This document shows, piece by piece, positions 63,084 to 64,000 of a stretch of DNA of 64,000 nt. The notes under the pieces were generated by a model. The model worked only from the letters and a program-made list of their open reading frames with translations. It was not told the origin of the DNA and searched no databases. The number at the start of each line of letters is the position of its first letter. The first letter of the stretch is position 1. The position numbers were made by a program, and so were the translations under genes. The DNA comes from a virus (lineage: Duplodnaviria > Caudoviricetes). Location of the stretch: the IMG/VR virus record IMGVR_UViG_3300042542_006078. One strand, written 5' to 3'.

Positions 63084-63229
63084 GTTGAAAAAGGAATGAT
63101 TTTCACCAAATAAACATAGCTGAATTCCTAAATATGTGTTGGTTTGCATAAATAAATTGAATGTTTCATTATGTAGAAAAATTAAATATTTTTTGGAGGA
63201 GATAAAATGGGAGCATCTTCAGTAACAGG
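63084..63229 (+). repeat. Direct repeat copy 2 (~146 bp)
   Basis: Imperfect copy of 62238-62382 with CATAAATA at 63147-63154. Confidence 0.9.
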
Positions 63230-63554
63230 AGTCGGTGCGGGAGCAGCAGATGTCACCCGTGGTCCCGGCAATCTTCGTGATCAATACGCATCGTTGCTTG
63301 ATCCACATGTTGTCTGGCATGGCACAATTTACAATAATGATGGTTCAGTTACTGTTAATTTACCATCTAATATTAAAGATGTGCCTGAAAAATTGACTAT
63401 TCTTTGTTCTGGTAAGACATATGGTGTTGATAAGAATCTTGATGGCGATGGTCTTGTTGAAAGCTTTGACATTACCGGAACTAAGAAAAGGGAAGTCGAT
63501 TTCATTGTAATCAAGAGTCCATCTGCTTTGTTTACTTCTGATTATAATCCTTGA
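63207..63554 (+). CDS. Putative virion protein sharing the MGASSVTG N-terminus with 62360..62941
   Basis: GGAGG RBS; first 8 aa identical to the upstream paralog. Confidence 0.65.
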   Translation: MGASSVTGVGAGAADVTRGPGNLRDQYASLLDPHVVWHGTIYNNDGSVTVNLPSNIKDVPEKLTILCSGKTYGVDKNLDGDGLVESFDITGTKKREVDFIVIKSPSALFTSDYNP

Positions 63555-63557
63555 TAT

Positions 63558-63977
63558 ATGATTTTATCTTTTAAGGAAGATTTTGAAAAAAATTGCACCC
63601 CGTGTGGACATCATTGGACACACGGGGATTTTGTTGAATTAAGCGGAAGTCATTTCAAGCATTTTTCAACTCTTTTGAAGTGTAAATTTATAGATCCTAA
63701 TGAATTTCGAGTTCAGAATATAATTTCTTTTGATGCTATTGGGGCCAATAGAACACTTTATTTTATTTGTAATTTAGCTGACAAGTATGGTGTGGTTATT
63801 ACGGGAAGAGCGCAGCCTAATTTGGTTGGTCCTTCTATAACTGGAAATGACAATTTTTATTCTGGCTTGCAATTGGAAAGATTATTGAAATGGTATAAAT
63901 ACTATGGATTTGAATGTAAAGAAATAGATGGCATCTTTCATGTTAAAAGGAGTCCTAAAAATGAAGTACAAGATTAA
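63558..63977 (+). CDS. GNAT-like acetyltransferase-fold protein (tentative)
   Basis: ICNLADKYGVVI...LERLLKWYKYYGF resembles GNAT motif B. Confidence 0.45.
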   Translation: MILSFKEDFEKNCTPCGHHWTHGDFVELSGSHFKHFSTLLKCKFIDPNEFRVQNIISFDAIGANRTLYFICNLADKYGVVITGRAQPNLVGPSITGNDNFYSGLQLERLLKWYKYYGFECKEIDGIFHVKRSPKNEVQD

Positions 63978-64000
63978 AACAGAAGAAAAGAAATATGTTG

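Noticed and set aside
1-64000. Stop-codon reassignment as in some large phages
   Set aside because: Core genes are full length in code 11, and TAA, TAG and TGA all terminate genes at sensible positions.
1-64000. tRNA/tmRNA genes, or a diversity-generating retroelement
   Set aside because: No cloverleaf with T-loop and D-loop consensus was recognised in the few gaps, and no reverse transcriptase or TR/VR pair was seen; a tRNAscan/ARAGORN run would be decisive.

Overview
The whole window is a segment of a large, AT-rich lytic dsDNA myophage read in standard code 11, with Shine-Dalgarno-led genes. It has a T4-superfamily head module: terminase gp17 on the minus strand, then portal gp20 carrying an intein, a large core protein, prohead protease gp21, scaffold gp22 and major capsid gp23. 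It also has a contractile-tail baseplate module at 1-13 kb: the tape-measure 3' end, a tube initiator, gp53-, hub-, gp5-, gp25-, gp6- and gp7-like genes. Between these lie accessory blocks. (i) Three paralogous PKD-domain appendage genes share an AEHHN motif, one with about 41 decapeptide repeats; they are interleaved with intact and degenerate glycosyltransferase-like genes and followed by an actin-fold ATPase. (ii) A primase and a Cas4/AddB-like nuclease form a divergent pair. (iii) There is an unusually broad set of peptidase genes (S1, M28, M4/M36-like, papain/C39-like, M14, YiiX/C92 and an Ntn hydrolase), four of them with signal peptides or N-terminal anchors. (iv) Other genes encode an Acb1-like 2H phosphoesterase, a ferritin-like protein, two sulfotransferase-like proteins, a 2OG-Fe(II) oxygenase and a poly-Asp protein. 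Several small proteins begin with a leader resembling the T4 capsid-targeting sequence. No tRNA, rRNA or CRISPR array was recognised. All family assignments come from motif recognition by eye; no database search was run.
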